This document shows positions 34,206-47,703 of a stretch of DNA of 64,000 nt, in pieces (the first letter of the stretch is position 1; every line of letters starts with the position of its first letter). Source of the stretch: Macrostomum lignano (lineage: Eukaryota); assembly GCA_002269645.1 (NCBI GenBank), contig NIVC01000012.1:1659362-1723361 (forward strand), in the 5' to 3' direction. The notes under the pieces were generated by a model. It did not search any database. It was not told the origin of the DNA and saw only the letters and a list, made by a program, of their open reading frames with translations. A program made the translations under genes and the position numbers.

Positions 34206-34477
34206 AAATTTTTTTCAAAAGAACTTTTTTAATAAGATTTAACAAGCATTCTATAGGTATTTCCTATAGAAGGATCTGATTTGTTCCAATTCAGGAAGTC
34301 CCAGTCCATTATCGCCTTAAACTATACGAGGCTGTTTCATAAAATGCCCAACTTCAACGGACATTCAATACCTTAGAGCTGCTAGTGCACTAATGCACAG
34401 ACACTTGACCCCGATGGCTTGTGAAAAACTGCAGGTAAATGGCGTCTGATTTAAAAGTAAAACGAAGTAATCCATTA

Positions 34478-34637
<160 letters not shown>

Positions 34638-35364
34638 CGCTTACCGCTTGTACTTCAAAGTGTGCCCTTTATCTGATCTAAGCACTCTTGTGAAAGATAG
34701 TGCAGATTTCCTTTATTTCTAACCTTTCTTTCGTCTAGTAGGCATTCGCAGCTGGCTCAGGCAGAAGGATGTGGGGAATTAATGGCAGGGATTTTAATGT
34801 GGACTGAAGCTGATTGGACGCCTTGACTTGAGAATTTCTGGGATTCGTAGGTTTCATCCCAAAGAAAATATTTCCCCGCGAAGGATATTAAGGAAAGAAC
34901 TATCCTATAGTAAATTCCAATTTATACAATTTGGTGAAATTAATCCAGATCACTCTATCTGAATTCGACAAAATCTGAAAGCGGCCATTGTGGTGGGTTG
35001 GGTACATACAGGTACAGTGCATGCATCTCCACTGCGCAAGCTGATTTTGGCAAGGTTAATAATTAATTTAGTTCGAGAGTCTCACTGCTAGTTTATACTC
35101 GCCTCTCACCTCTCCCCGAGGCTTCCGTTTGCGCTGCCTTCCCTAAAATTGGGGCATTATAATAAATTCATAAAATAATTAGCACCAATTTTCGCCGAAC
35201 TGCAGGTAATAAAAATTAACAAGGTGAACGCGTGTAACGGCTGACTTCGGTAATTTAATTAGGACAGAGTCTTGTGTTAAAAAATCCTATTTGCAATGTA
35301 AACTGTTATTTTACACCTCTAGGGCGATTTAATCTTTTTCCATGTATTCTATTTTTTGTTTAAA

Positions 35365-38300
35365 CTAGCAATCTACGCCCCCCGATGGGGAGCCAAAGAA
35401 ATGCAATAGCTACACGTTTTTTTAATAAGCTACATGTATCCTTGAAATCTTAAAAAATCTCCTGTCAAACCTTGTAAGCCTTGACATGTCAGTAATTCCC
35501 CACCACAAGCTTTAACATATCAACTCCCCCCTTGACATCTCAGCAATGCCCCCAATAAGCCTTGGAAATCTAAAAAATCTGTCAACCTTCTAACCCTAAC
35601 CCTAGCCTAACCCTAACCCTAACCCTAACCTAACCCTAAAGCATTGACATTTCAGTAATTCTCTCTAAGAGTCATTATAGCACTGCTACAGCATTATAGC
35701 GATTTCCTGCAAGCCTCGACATTGTAGGGATTCCCAAATGAATCTCTTAACTTCGACATGAAGCTTCTTTTATTTTTTACATTACGCTTTTTTTATCAGC
35801 AATCCCTCCCCTGAGGAGGCATCAAATAATGTAATAAAAAGTTTTCAATAAACTTTACATGATTGTTTACATGTAGCTTCTGACTTTAGCTTTGAAATCT
35901 CATTTATACCCCCGTGAGCCTTGACATCTCAGCTATTCCCCCCGTAAGCCTTGACATGTCAGCGATGGCCTCCATAAACCTTGAAATCTGAAAAATCCCC
36001 CGTTAACCTTGAAACCCGATAAAATATAACCCTCAACCCACACCTGACCTAAACCTAACTTTAACCCAACCTAAAGCCTTGAATCTCAGCAATTCTTCTC
36101 CCCTAAGCCTTGAAATTTTAGTGATTCCTTCTTTAAGAATCACAGCACTATAACGATTCCCTCCAAGCTTTGACATCATAGCAATTCCCAAATGAATCTT
36201 TTAACTTCGACATGACTTTTCTTTTATGTATACATAGTGCTACTTTTATTTTTTACATGACTCTTCTACTATCAGCGACCCCCCCGTGGCGAGCCAACAA
36301 AGAATGTAATAAAAAAATTGAGTAAAGTACATGAACTTTGAAGTAGCTTCTGACTTTTGCTTTGACATCTCAGCAACCCCCCCCCGTAATCCCCGTAAAC
36401 TTTTTAAATGACACTTTCCTTAATTTTTAAATGAGGCTTCTATGATTTTTTCATGACGCTTCTATGATTTTAACATGACGCTTCTATGACTTTTTTTACA
36501 TGACGCTTCTATGATTTTTTCTTGACGCTTCTATGATTGTTTACATGACGCTTCTATGATTGTTTACATGACGCTTCTCTGATTGTTTACATGACGCTTC
36601 TATGATTTTTTTAAATAACGCTTTCTTTGATTTTTAAATGACGCTTCTACGATTTTTTACATGACGCTTCTATGATTGTTTACATGACGCTTCTATGATT
36701 TTTTACATGACGCTTCTATGATTTTTACATGACGCTTCTATGATTTTTTACATGACGCTTCTATGATTTTTTACATGACGCTTCTATGATTTTTACATGA
36801 CGCTTCTATGATTTTTTACATGACGCTTCTATGATTGTTTACATGACGCTTCTATGATTGTTTACATGACGCTTCTATGATTGTTTACATGACGCATCTA
36901 TGATTGTTTACCTGACGCATCTATGATTTTTATATGACGCTTCTATGATTTTTACATGACGCTTCTATGATTTTTACATGACGCTTCTATGATTTTTACA
37001 TGACGCTTCTATGATTGTTTACATGACGCTTCTATGATTGTTTACATGACGCATCTATGATTGTTTACCTGACGCATCTATGATTTTTATATGACGCTTC
37101 TATGATTTTTACATGACGCTTCTATGATTGTTTACATGACGCTTCTATGATTTTTTACATGGCGCTTCTATGATTGTTTACATGACGCTTCTATGATTGT
37201 TTCATGACGCTTCTATGATTGTTTACATGACGCTTCTATGATTGTTTCATGACGCTTCTATGATTGTTTACATGACGCTTCTATGATTTTTATATGATGC
37301 TTCTATGATTGTTTACATGACGCTTCTATGATTTTTTATATGACGCTTCTATCATTTTTACATAACGCTTCTATGATTTTTACATGACGCTTCTACGATT
37401 TTTACATGACGCTTCTATGATTTTTTACATGACGCTTCTATGATTTTTACATGACGCTACTATGATTTTTACATGACGCTTTTATGATTTTTTACATGAC
37501 GCTTTGATGATTTTTTACATGACGCTTCTACGATTTTGGCAGGACGATTCTATGATTTTACATGACGCTTCTATGATTTTTACATGACGCTTCTACGATT
37601 TTTACATGACGCTTTTATGATTTTTTACATGACGCTTCTATGATTGTTTCATGACGCTTCTATGATTTTTACATGACGCTTCTATGATTGTTTACATTCT
37701 TCTATGCTTGTTTACATGACGCTTCTATGATTGTTTAAATGACGCTTTTATGATTTTTACATGGAGCTTCTATGATTGTTTACATGACGCTTCTATGATT
37801 GTTTACATGACGCTTTTATGATTTTTACATGGCGCTTCTATGATTGTTTACATGACGCTTCTATGATTGTTTACATGACGCTTCTATGATTGTTTCATGA
37901 CGCTTCTATGATTGTTTACATGACGCTTCTATGATTTTGACATGACGCTTCTATGATTGTTTACATGACGCTTCTATGATTTTTACATGACGCTTCTATG
38001 ATTGTTTACATGACGCTTCTATGATTGTTTCATGACGCTTCTATGATTTTTACATGACGGTTCTATGATTGTTTACATGACGCTTCTATGATTTTTACAT
38101 GACGCTTCTATGATTGTTTATATGACGCTTCTATGATTGTTTACATGACGCTTCTATGATTGTTTCATGACGCTTCTATGATTGTTTCATGACGCTTCTA
38201 TGATTTTGACATGACGCTTCTATGATTGTTTACATGACGCTTCTATGATTTTTACATGACGCTTCTATGATTGTTTACATGACGCTTCTATGATTTTTAC

Positions 38301-39747
38301 ATGGCGCTTCTATGATTTTTACACGCCGCTTCTATGATTGTTTCATGACGCTTCTATGATTTTTTACATGACGCTTCTATGATTTTTACATGACGCTTCT
38401 ATGATTTTTACATGACGCTTCTATGATTGTTTACATGACGCTTCTATGATTGTTTACATGACGCTTCTATGATTGTTTACATGATGCTTCTATGATTTTT
38501 ACATGACGCTTCTATGATTGTTTACATGACGCTTCTATGATTTTGACATGACGCTTCTATGATTGTTTACATGATGCTTCTATGATTTTTACATGACGCT
38601 TCTATGATTGTTTACATGACGCTTCTATGATTTTTACATGACGCTTCTATGATTTTTTACATGACGCTTCTATTATTTTTTACATGACGCTTCTATGATT
38701 GTTTACATGACGCTTCTATGATTGTTTCATGACGCTTCTATGATTGTTTACATGACGCTTCTATGATTTTTACATGACGCTTCTATGATTGTTTACATGA
38801 CGCTTCTATGATTGTTTACATGACGCTTCTATGATTTTGACATGACGCTTCTATGATTGTTTACATGATGCTTCTATGATTTTTACATGACGCTTCTATG
38901 ATTGTTTACATGACGCTTCTATGATTTTTACATGACGCTTCTATGATTTTTTACATGACGCTTCTATTATTTTTTACATGACGCTTCTATGATTGTTTAC
39001 ATGACGCTTCTATGATTGTTTCATGACGCTTCTATGATTGTTTACATGACGCTTCTATGATTTTTACATGACGCTTCTATGATTGTTTACATGACGCTTC
39101 TATGATTGTTTACATGACGCTTCTATGATTTTTTACATGACGCCTTTAGTCCTTTATTGTTTTTTTAATAAAAGCTTTTAATAAAAAAATTTTCACTACT
39201 AAGATTCGAACCCAGGTCGCTGCATTGGCAGTCCAGTCTGTTCACTTCTAGGCTAGATCTTATTGAATTATAAATGAAATTGTAGCACTCATATAATTCA
39301 ACACTCACTCACGAAGCAGTTATGACATAATCAATTTCCCAGGCAAGTCAGCATCAGTCTCAATTAAAGTTGAGAATATGGTTATGCAATCTAAATCAAG
39401 TCTGGTGCTACGCTTCCACACTGCATTTTCAATACTGTGACGCAATTCAAGTTGGAGTTACAATTCAGTTATGATGCAATCTATTTCAGAATCAGATTCA
39501 ACCAGTCAATTTTTCTCTTAGCATTCTTACAATGCATTTCAAGTCGAAAAGTTTGCTTGACCTTTGCAAAAAAGCATGTTTTTCGAATATTTAATGCCTT
39601 TAGCATCGAGCAATTTCTTAGCCACGATGCATGTACCGTCACGGGAAAATTTCTGATCGAACAGTGCAAGTCTCATGAAAATCGGTCCAGCCATTTTTTC
39701 TCTAATCGATTGCGTACAAACAAACAACTCATTTTTAGTATATAGGA
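35365..39747 (-). mobile_element. non-autonomous Helitron, unit 4
   Basis: Minus 5' TCctatatactaaaaatgag at 39747, same body as units 1-3; 3' ccccatcggggggcgtagattgCTAG|T at 35365. Confidence 0.85.
36430..39145 (+). repeat. 22/23-bp satellite (atgacgcttctatgattgtttac)n in Helitron unit 4
   Basis: Direct inspection. Confidence 0.97.
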
Positions 39748-41990
39748 CTAGCAATTTAAGCCCCCCGTTGGGGGACGCAAGAATGACGCCAAATGGTTTT
39801 TATTTTGGCCTATGAGTAATAACCTTACTAATTATTAAAAATCCATTAATCAAAACTTACTTTTCCTCATTCTTGGCAAAAATAAATTGCCATGAATCAA
39901 AACCTTCACCAGCCAAAGTTTCCTTCATCAGCCCAAAACCCTTTCTCATTCAGCAAATAGTACTTATCCTTTCAAGCACAAACTCTTAGTGCATTTCGTC
40001 ATTGGCCTGGGCATATTCTGGTCCGCAGCAGGAGCTCAATATGCCATAAGCCTTGATGACATCTCAATAATTTCCCCAGTAAGCTTTGTCATCGCAGAAA
40101 TCCCCCAGTAAGCCTTGATATCGCAGCAATTCCCTCAATAAGCCTTGACATCGCAGCAACGCAAAGGCGAGCCTTGGCATCAACGCAATTCTCCCAGCCC
40201 AGTAAGCCTTGACATCTCAGAAATTTCCTCAGTAAGCCTCGACATCGCAGCAATTACCCCAGTAAGCCTTGACATCTCAGAAATTTCCCCAGTAAGCCTC
40301 GACATCGCAGCAATTACCCCATTAAGCCTTGAAATCTCAGAAATCCCCCCAGTAAGCCTTGACATCTCAGCAATTCCCTCAGTAAGCCTTGAAATCTTAT
40401 AAATTCCCCCAGTAACCCTGAAGTCTCAGTAATTCCCCCAGTAAGCCTTGAAAACTCAGCAATTCCCCCAGTAAGCCTTGAAATCTTATAAATTCCCCCA
40501 GTAACCCTGAAGTCTCAGTAATTCCCCAGTAAGTCTCGAATCTCAGTAATTCCTCCAGTAAGTCTTGACATCTCACAATTCCCCCAGTAGGCCCTGACAT
40601 CTCAGCAATTCCCCCAAGTAAGCCTTGACATCTTGACATCTTGACATCTTGACATCAACAATTTATTTCTGCAATTTCACAAATGAACCTTGAAATCAAA
40701 GCAATTCTCCCCAGAATGACAATTATAGAAATTCCCCTTGTGCCTTGAGATCTTATAAATCCTCCCATGAGTATTTATTGATATATCATCATGATATACC
40801 AGTATCAAATTGATATATCACAGCAATTTGCCATACCAGCATTATACTCGTAGCAATAGTCTTAGCAGTCTTAACAGTCTTAGCAATTCCCAATGAGACT
40901 TTTACTTTCGACAGGGCGCTTCTTTTATAATTGACATGATGATTCTTGTTCGTTTTTTCTTGCCTTTGCGTTTTCTTCTCTTTAAAGAAGTTTTTAATAA
41001 AAAAAACAATATTTCACTATAGCTTTCTGCAGTTTAGCAATGGTTCACCAGCAGTTTAGCAATATAGTTTAGCAATGCAGTTTAGCAATGCTTCACACCA
41101 GCAGTTTAGCAATGCTTCACCAGCAGTTTAGCAATGGTTCACCAGCAGTTTAGCAATGCTTCACCAGCAGTTTAGCAATGCTTCACCAGCAGTTTAGCAA
41201 TGCTTCACCAGCAGTTTAGCAATGCTTCACCAGTACTTTTTCACTCAATGAGTGTGCATATGGCTCAATAATCGAACCCATTTTTTGCAACCCTTAATTT
41301 AAATTTGCTTTGCAATCCTCTGACAATTATTTTCTTTGGTATATATATTCCAGATTAGCACTGCTCTCCCCAATTTAGCAGTCTGCCGTTCTACTCTCGG
41401 CCGGCTTTTCAGTCTCCTTAGCAAACTGCAATGATCCTTTTAATAGTCTAAAAAATTGCTCAGCATTTATAGTACGGCTCACTAATCAATCGGCAGTTGT
41501 TTGCGCAACTCAGAATTTAACAATACCTTCAGGAGTTTAGTCGAATAGCAAAAATAACGCAGCCACTGAGTATTTTTCTATCCGTTGTGCATGTATACAC
41601 CTAGTTGCGCAATACTTCAATACTTTTAAAATGCACTGGCCGATTTCTCTCAATCATGCAAAAAGCATTTTTTCGAATATTTAACTATTTATAGCTCGAT
41701 TGTTCGAGCGTAGCATCAGCTCAAGAAATTGAAGTTTAGTCTATGGCCATAGACGTATTATTATTTTTCGAGCTCTCACTGCGACAAAAATACACTAATT
41801 AGATAGGGAAAATACAGTTTTTTGAATATTTAAGACCTTTAGAATTGAAGCAGATAAAAGAAATTTTGAACCATACAATCCTTGGTTGAGTTGCAATTTT
41901 TGGGTGAAAACGCGATCAAAATTGGTCAAGAATTGCAGTCTGTAGAGCGTTTTACACGGACATAGATTAGAGATTTAGTATATAAGAAGA
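39748..41990 (-). mobile_element. non-autonomous Helitron, unit 5 (different subfamily)
   Basis: Minus 5' A|TCttcttatatactaaa at 41990; 3' cccccaacggggggcttaaattgCTAG at 39748; internal ~30-bp repeats (40050-40640) and 22-bp repeats (41030-41235). Confidence 0.75.
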
Positions 41991-42428
41991 TGTTACAAAA
42001 AATAACCAATTTAAAGCTACAGAAATTCGTTAAGAAAGTTAAATTAATTTGTTGTAAAAATAGAAAGAGACATGAATAATAAGCAGTGTAAACTTAAAAA
42101 CGCAAATCTAAATATAGCTTTTTATAATAATTTGTCGGGCTTGATTTCTTAAAGTACATATAAGATATAAATGTACATTGGTTAGCAGATCTGGGGAGTC
42201 AAAACCAAAAAGTCAGCGTTTTTTGCAGATACAGTTGGCAAGACCCCGTCTATGCGCATGCAAGTTCAATTGTTAATCACGTGATGTGATACTTAAGTCA
42301 CGAGCATAGTTTGCGATGTACAAGTACACGTACTTATGTTCTATCGATTTTTAGCATCCAAATAACGAGATAACGTGTACATTTATGGAACATGACGCTC
42401 ATCAATAAAGCGTTTCCAATCCATGCGG

Positions 42429-45400
42429 CTACTTTCGACCATAGACGTCGAGGCTTCGGGCCCGGCCGAGAGCCTGGCGGAACAGCTTGTGCTCGCGACG
42501 CTCCCTCAGCTGGCAGGGCACAAAGCCGCGCATGTCGGCCAGGGTCTCAAGCTGATCAGCCAATGGTATGACCACCGGAGAAGTCCGAGTGAGCAGCTGA
42601 ATATAGGCATTGCCTTCCAAGTCGGGCAGTAGATAGGCGTAGTGCAGCGGGGTTAGGCCTTCCTGTTTAAGGTTTGGAAATATGAAATACATGTATGAAG
42701 GAATTGAAAGAAGAAATATCCATAAAATTCTAATTATCCTACTCTAAGTAGGCAAGCTGCAAATATTCTATCAGAACTTAATTCTTACATTATCGGCCAT
42801 AGCGGCCTGCTGGGGCCGTTCGGCCAGAATCCATAGCGCCATCTCGTAGCGATTGCAGGCGACCGCCCGAATCAGCGCCGAGTAGCCGTTGACGTCGCGA
42901 TAGTCGACTTCGTTCAGAGCTTTCATCTTTTCCAAGTCGCCTTGGCGAATGGCTTCGAAAAGCTCGCCGCACGATTTCTATAATGTATTTAAATTGCAGA
43001 TGTGCACTATTCTCGCTGGGAAGGAAAGTGGGGCACCAGAGGCGCCAGCACCAGAGGCGCCAGCACCAGAGGCGCCAGCACCAGAGGCGCCAGCACCAGA
43101 GGCGCCAGCACCAGAGGCGCCAGCACCAGAGGCGCCAGCACCAGAGGCGCCAGCACCAGAGGCGCCAGCACCAGAGGCGCCAGCACCAGAGGCGCCAGCA
43201 CCAGAGGCGCCAGCACCAGAGGCGCCAGCACCAGAAGCGCTAGAGGCTCCCTGGCTAAAACCCCGAAGTACTACCGGTTCCCAGATACCAGAAGTGCACT
43301 GACTGAACTCACCTCAACCAGCTGAATGCGGCTGAGAAACTGCTCCTTCACAGGATCCTTTGAGCCGCTAGTCGGGCCGAAACTCGCCGCCCCGTAGAAG
43401 TTGGTTGCCAGCGTCATCAGGAGACCCTTAGCTGGGCGGGACTTCGACTGGCGAAACAACTCGTCGATCACCGAGTCCATGGCTTCGGCGAGGTCGCGAC
43501 GTCCCAGCCGGACGGCCATCTCGCGCGGAGTGCGCAGCTCGCAAGAGAACGGCAGCCGGTCCTTCAGCAGCAGGACGTTCTGGCCTTGACGAGCCTGCAG
43601 GACTCTGACGAAGTGCTGCGGCCGGATGTCGGTGCGGATCAGGCGGTGCAGCATTGTGAAGCCATCCTGCGTTGTGCAGATTGAAGGATGAGTAGGAAGA
43701 TGCAGGACTTCAATATTTCAAGGCAAACAAACATCATAACAAACAACCACCAAGACAAACAATCATCAAGACAAACAATCATCAAGACAAACAATCATCA
43801 AGACAAACAATCATCAAGACAAACAATCATCAAGACAAACAATCATCAAGACAAACAATCATCAAGACAAACAATCATCAAGACAAACAATCATCAAGAC
43901 AAACAATCATCAAGACAAACAATCATCAAGACAAACAATCATCAAGACAAACAATCATCAAGACAAACAATCATCAAGACAAACAATCATCAAGACAAAC
44001 AACCATCAAGACAAACAACCATCAAGACAAACAACCATCAAGACAAACAACCATCAAGACAAACAATCAACAATACAAACAATCAACAATACAAACAATC
44101 AACAAGACAAACAATCATTAAGACAAACAATCATCAAGAAAAACAACCATCAAGACAAACAATCAACAAGTCGAACAACCATCAAGACAAACAATCAACA
44201 AGACGAACAATCAACAAGACAAACAATCACCAAGACGAACAATCACCAAGACGAACAATCACCAAGACGAACAATCACCAAGACGAACAATCACCAAGAC
44301 AAACAATCACAGACGAACAATCACCAAGACAAACAATCACCAAGACGAACAATCACCAAGACGAACAATCACCAAGACAAACAATCACCAAGACGAACAA
44401 TCAACAAGACAAACAATCAACAAGACAAACAATCACCAAGACGAACAATCACCAAGACGAACAATCACCAAGACAAACAATCACCAAGACAAACAATCAC
44501 CAAGACGAACAATCACCAAGACGAACAATCACCAAGACGAACAATCACCAAGACGAACAATCAACAAGACAAACAATCACCAAGACGAACAACCATCAAG
44601 ACAAACAATCAACAAGACAAACAATCACCAAGACGAACAATCACCAAGACGAACAATCACCAAGACGAACAATCACCAAGACAAACAATCACCAAGACGA
44701 ACAATCAACAAGACAAACAATCAACAAGACAAACAATCACCAAGACGAACAATCACCAAGACGAACAATCACCAAGACAAACAATCAACAAGACAAACAA
44801 TCACCAAGACGAACAATCACCAAGACAAACAATCACCAAGACGAACAATCAACAAGACAAACAATCAACAAGACAAACAATCACCAAGACAAACAATCAC
44901 CAAGACAAACAATCAACAAGACAAACAATCACCAAGACAAACAATCACCAAGACGAACAATCACCAAGACAAACAATCACCAAGACGAACAATCAACAAG
45001 ACAAACAATCAACAAGACAAACAATCACCAAGACAAACAATCACCAAGACAAACAATCAACAAGACAAACAATCACCAAGACAAACAATCACCAAGACGA
45101 ACAATCACCAAGACAAACAATCACCAAGACGAACAATCAACAAGACAAACAATCACCAAGACAAACAATCACCAAGACAAACAATCACCAAGACGAACAA
45201 TCAACAAGACAAACAATCAACAAGACAAACAATCACCAAGACGAACAATCACCAAGACAAACAATCACCAAGACAAACAATCACCAAGACGAACAATCAC
45301 CAAGACAAACAATCACCAAGACAAACAATCACCAAGACGAACAATCACAAAGACAAACAATCAACAAGATAAACAACCATCAAGACAGACAACCGTCAAG

Positions 45401-47703
45401 ATAAGAAAACACCCAGGCAGACCAAAAGATATACACAAGCAGAAATATTGCACAAATCAACACTCACTGGATCTCTGGCCTCGGAGTCAACCCCAGCTTC
45501 CACCAGCGTCATCAGCAGGTCGAATTGGCACGCCGAAGTGATAGCAAAGTTAGCCAACGGCTCGCCATTCGGTCGCAGTCCCCGGGGAGAGGCGCCAGCG
45601 CTAAGCAGCGCTCTGGTCAGCGCCAGGTTCCGGTTCCCGACGGCCAGAGACAGTGGCGAGTGCTGCGTCTCCGGATGGCGCCGGTCCAAGTGCAGCTTCT
45701 TTGGCGGCAGTTTGCGCAGCAGCAGCTTGGCGCCCTCGGTGTTGTCAGCCAGGATGTTGTGCACAAGATCAAGGAACGGCGACTCTCTGTCGATTGCCGC
45801 GGCCAAAGCTGGACAGTCGGGCGCGCCAGTCGACGACGGGTGACCCGAGTAGAAGTCCAGGGCGGTGTGACCCGGGAGCAACTGTGAGTGCGGGCTCACC
45901 CAAAGGTCAAGCGCTCTAACGCCGGCCTTGTAGCTTCCTCGTCTGAGCGCTTCAGCCAGGCCTGGCGAGTAGCGATTGAAAATGGCGGCTAGCGAGTCGG
46001 TAGCCTCGGCCGGTGCGCAGTCGACTGGGAGCTGGCCCAGCCGGTCTCTCAGCAGGGGGTCGGCGCCGCAGAGGAGCAGGGCGCGGCACATCTCCGCCTG
46101 GCCGCGTCTGGCAGCCACGTGCAAGGCGGTCTCGCCGGACTGTGTTCGGTCGGGTGAGAAATTTGCAGGAAACTAATGTGCGGTCAATCTCAATGTAATA
46201 ATTTGCGTGTGAAGGTCATCTTAGTTGCACAGGCGCTTATAGTCAGTGTACATTTGAGGGGGGAAAGATGGAATCGTTTCTCTATTCCACTGCGGCTGTA
46301 CAGTGAGCTGGGCGTCAGTCACTGTACATTGGGGAGAGAGATTGAATTACTTCTCTATGAGCTGGGCGTCAGTCACTGTACATTGGGGAGAGAGATTGAA
46401 TTACTTCTCTATGAGCTGGGCGTCAGTCACTGTACATTGGGGAGAGAGGTTGAATTACTTCTCTATGAGCTAGGCGTCAGTCACTGTACATTGGGGAGAG
46501 AGGTTGAATTACTTCTCTATGAGCTGGGCGTCAGTCACTGTACATTGGGGAGAGAGATTGAATTACTTCTCTATGAGCTAGGCGTCAGTCACTGTACATT
46601 GGGGCCTTGAATTGTTTCTATATTCCACTATAGCTGTACAGTGAGCTGGGCGTCAGTCATTGTACATTGGGGAGAGAGTGAGAGAGTTGTTTATTACTTC
46701 TCTAGGCCGCTATATCATGAACATTGATTAGATAATGGGGTTGTGCCCGTATACAGAAATATTTAGTGTAACAAGCGTATGTATATAGATTTTTCATGTC
46801 AAAAATATACATCCCAAATCCAAACCTTATTCTGCGTGTTGACATTGATGCCCATGAGTGCCAGAGTATAGGCGGTCACCAACGCTTGCAAATCCTGCGA
46901 CGCGGCGCACAGATGCAACAGCGTGTTGCCGGCCCTGTCGCTTAGCGCGTTCTCGTAAATAGCTTGCTTAGCTTGCTCGTGAAGCTGCATGCGCGAATGG
47001 GGTGGGGTGAGTACATTAGGTACTTTATTAAAAGTTAGCTGATATCATTAGCATCACCAAATCACATTTTTCAGCGGGGAGGTGCGTTGACACTGTCGAG
47101 CGCGCACAAGGACGGTCGTGAATGCATACGCAGGTAACACGCTCTCACATAGTGTACAGCTGTCCTGAATTACATCGTCAGACATATAGTACAACAGGAG
47201 GAAATGATTCAAACAGAAGCTGCTCACACTACTAAGCTTCTCCTCGCGACACGTCTGAAGCAGGTTGTCGATCAACTGTCGAAATTTCTCTGTATCGCCG
47301 GAGCGCCGCAGCTCCATGGCGCGGTTGAACCGCTGGTAGTTGGCGTCGCGGGCGAGGCTCTCCACGCTGCTGCCATCATAGTCTCGATTGTGCGGGAATC
47401 CAAAATCCAGCAACAGCGCCGCGCAGTCCTCTTCGCCGTAGTGCATCGCCAGGTAGAGTGGATCAAAGCCCGGTCGGCCCTGGGTAAGCTGGTCCCGGTG
47501 CGCCAGGTAGAGCTCTCGGTGATCTGACAGTAGCGTGTGCAGCTCTATGGGATTGCCGCTGAGCACTGACTCACGCAGCTGTGCATAAGTGTATTTGAGA
47601 TTTTTAAGTAGTTACATATGCATTTACTAATATATTAATTAACGACAGTTAATGCAAAATTTACCTTGTCAAGAACTAAAGCCATTTTAGTGTCCGTTGC
47701 CAT
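42429..47703 (-). CDS. multi-ankyrin-repeat protein, 7 exons, about 665 aa, intact
   Basis: Exons 47703-47665, 47578-47228, 46984-46826, 46139-45468, 43666-43313, 42977-42789, 42662-42429; motifs GNTLLHLCA, GETALHVAA, GFTMLH, GYSALIRA, GLTPLHYA. Confidence 0.88.
43035..43237 (+). repeat. 15-bp intronic minisatellite (ccagaggcgccagca)n
   Basis: Direct inspection. Confidence 0.97.
43720..45400 (+). repeat. 16-bp intronic satellite (caagacaaacaatcac)n
   Basis: Direct inspection. Confidence 0.97.
46300..46680 (+). repeat. 54-bp intronic minisatellite
   Basis: (gagctgggcgtcagtcactgtacattggggagagagattgaattacttctctat)n. Confidence 0.95.

Noticed and set aside
34324-34470. Possible mariner left end (TA-cgaggctgtttcataa, MASDLKVKR)
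   Set aside because: No matching right TIR or further transposase sequence found.
43688-45541. 617-aa Q/T/N/K-rich ORF
   Set aside because: Translation of a 16-bp repeat lying antisense within an intron of the ankyrin gene.
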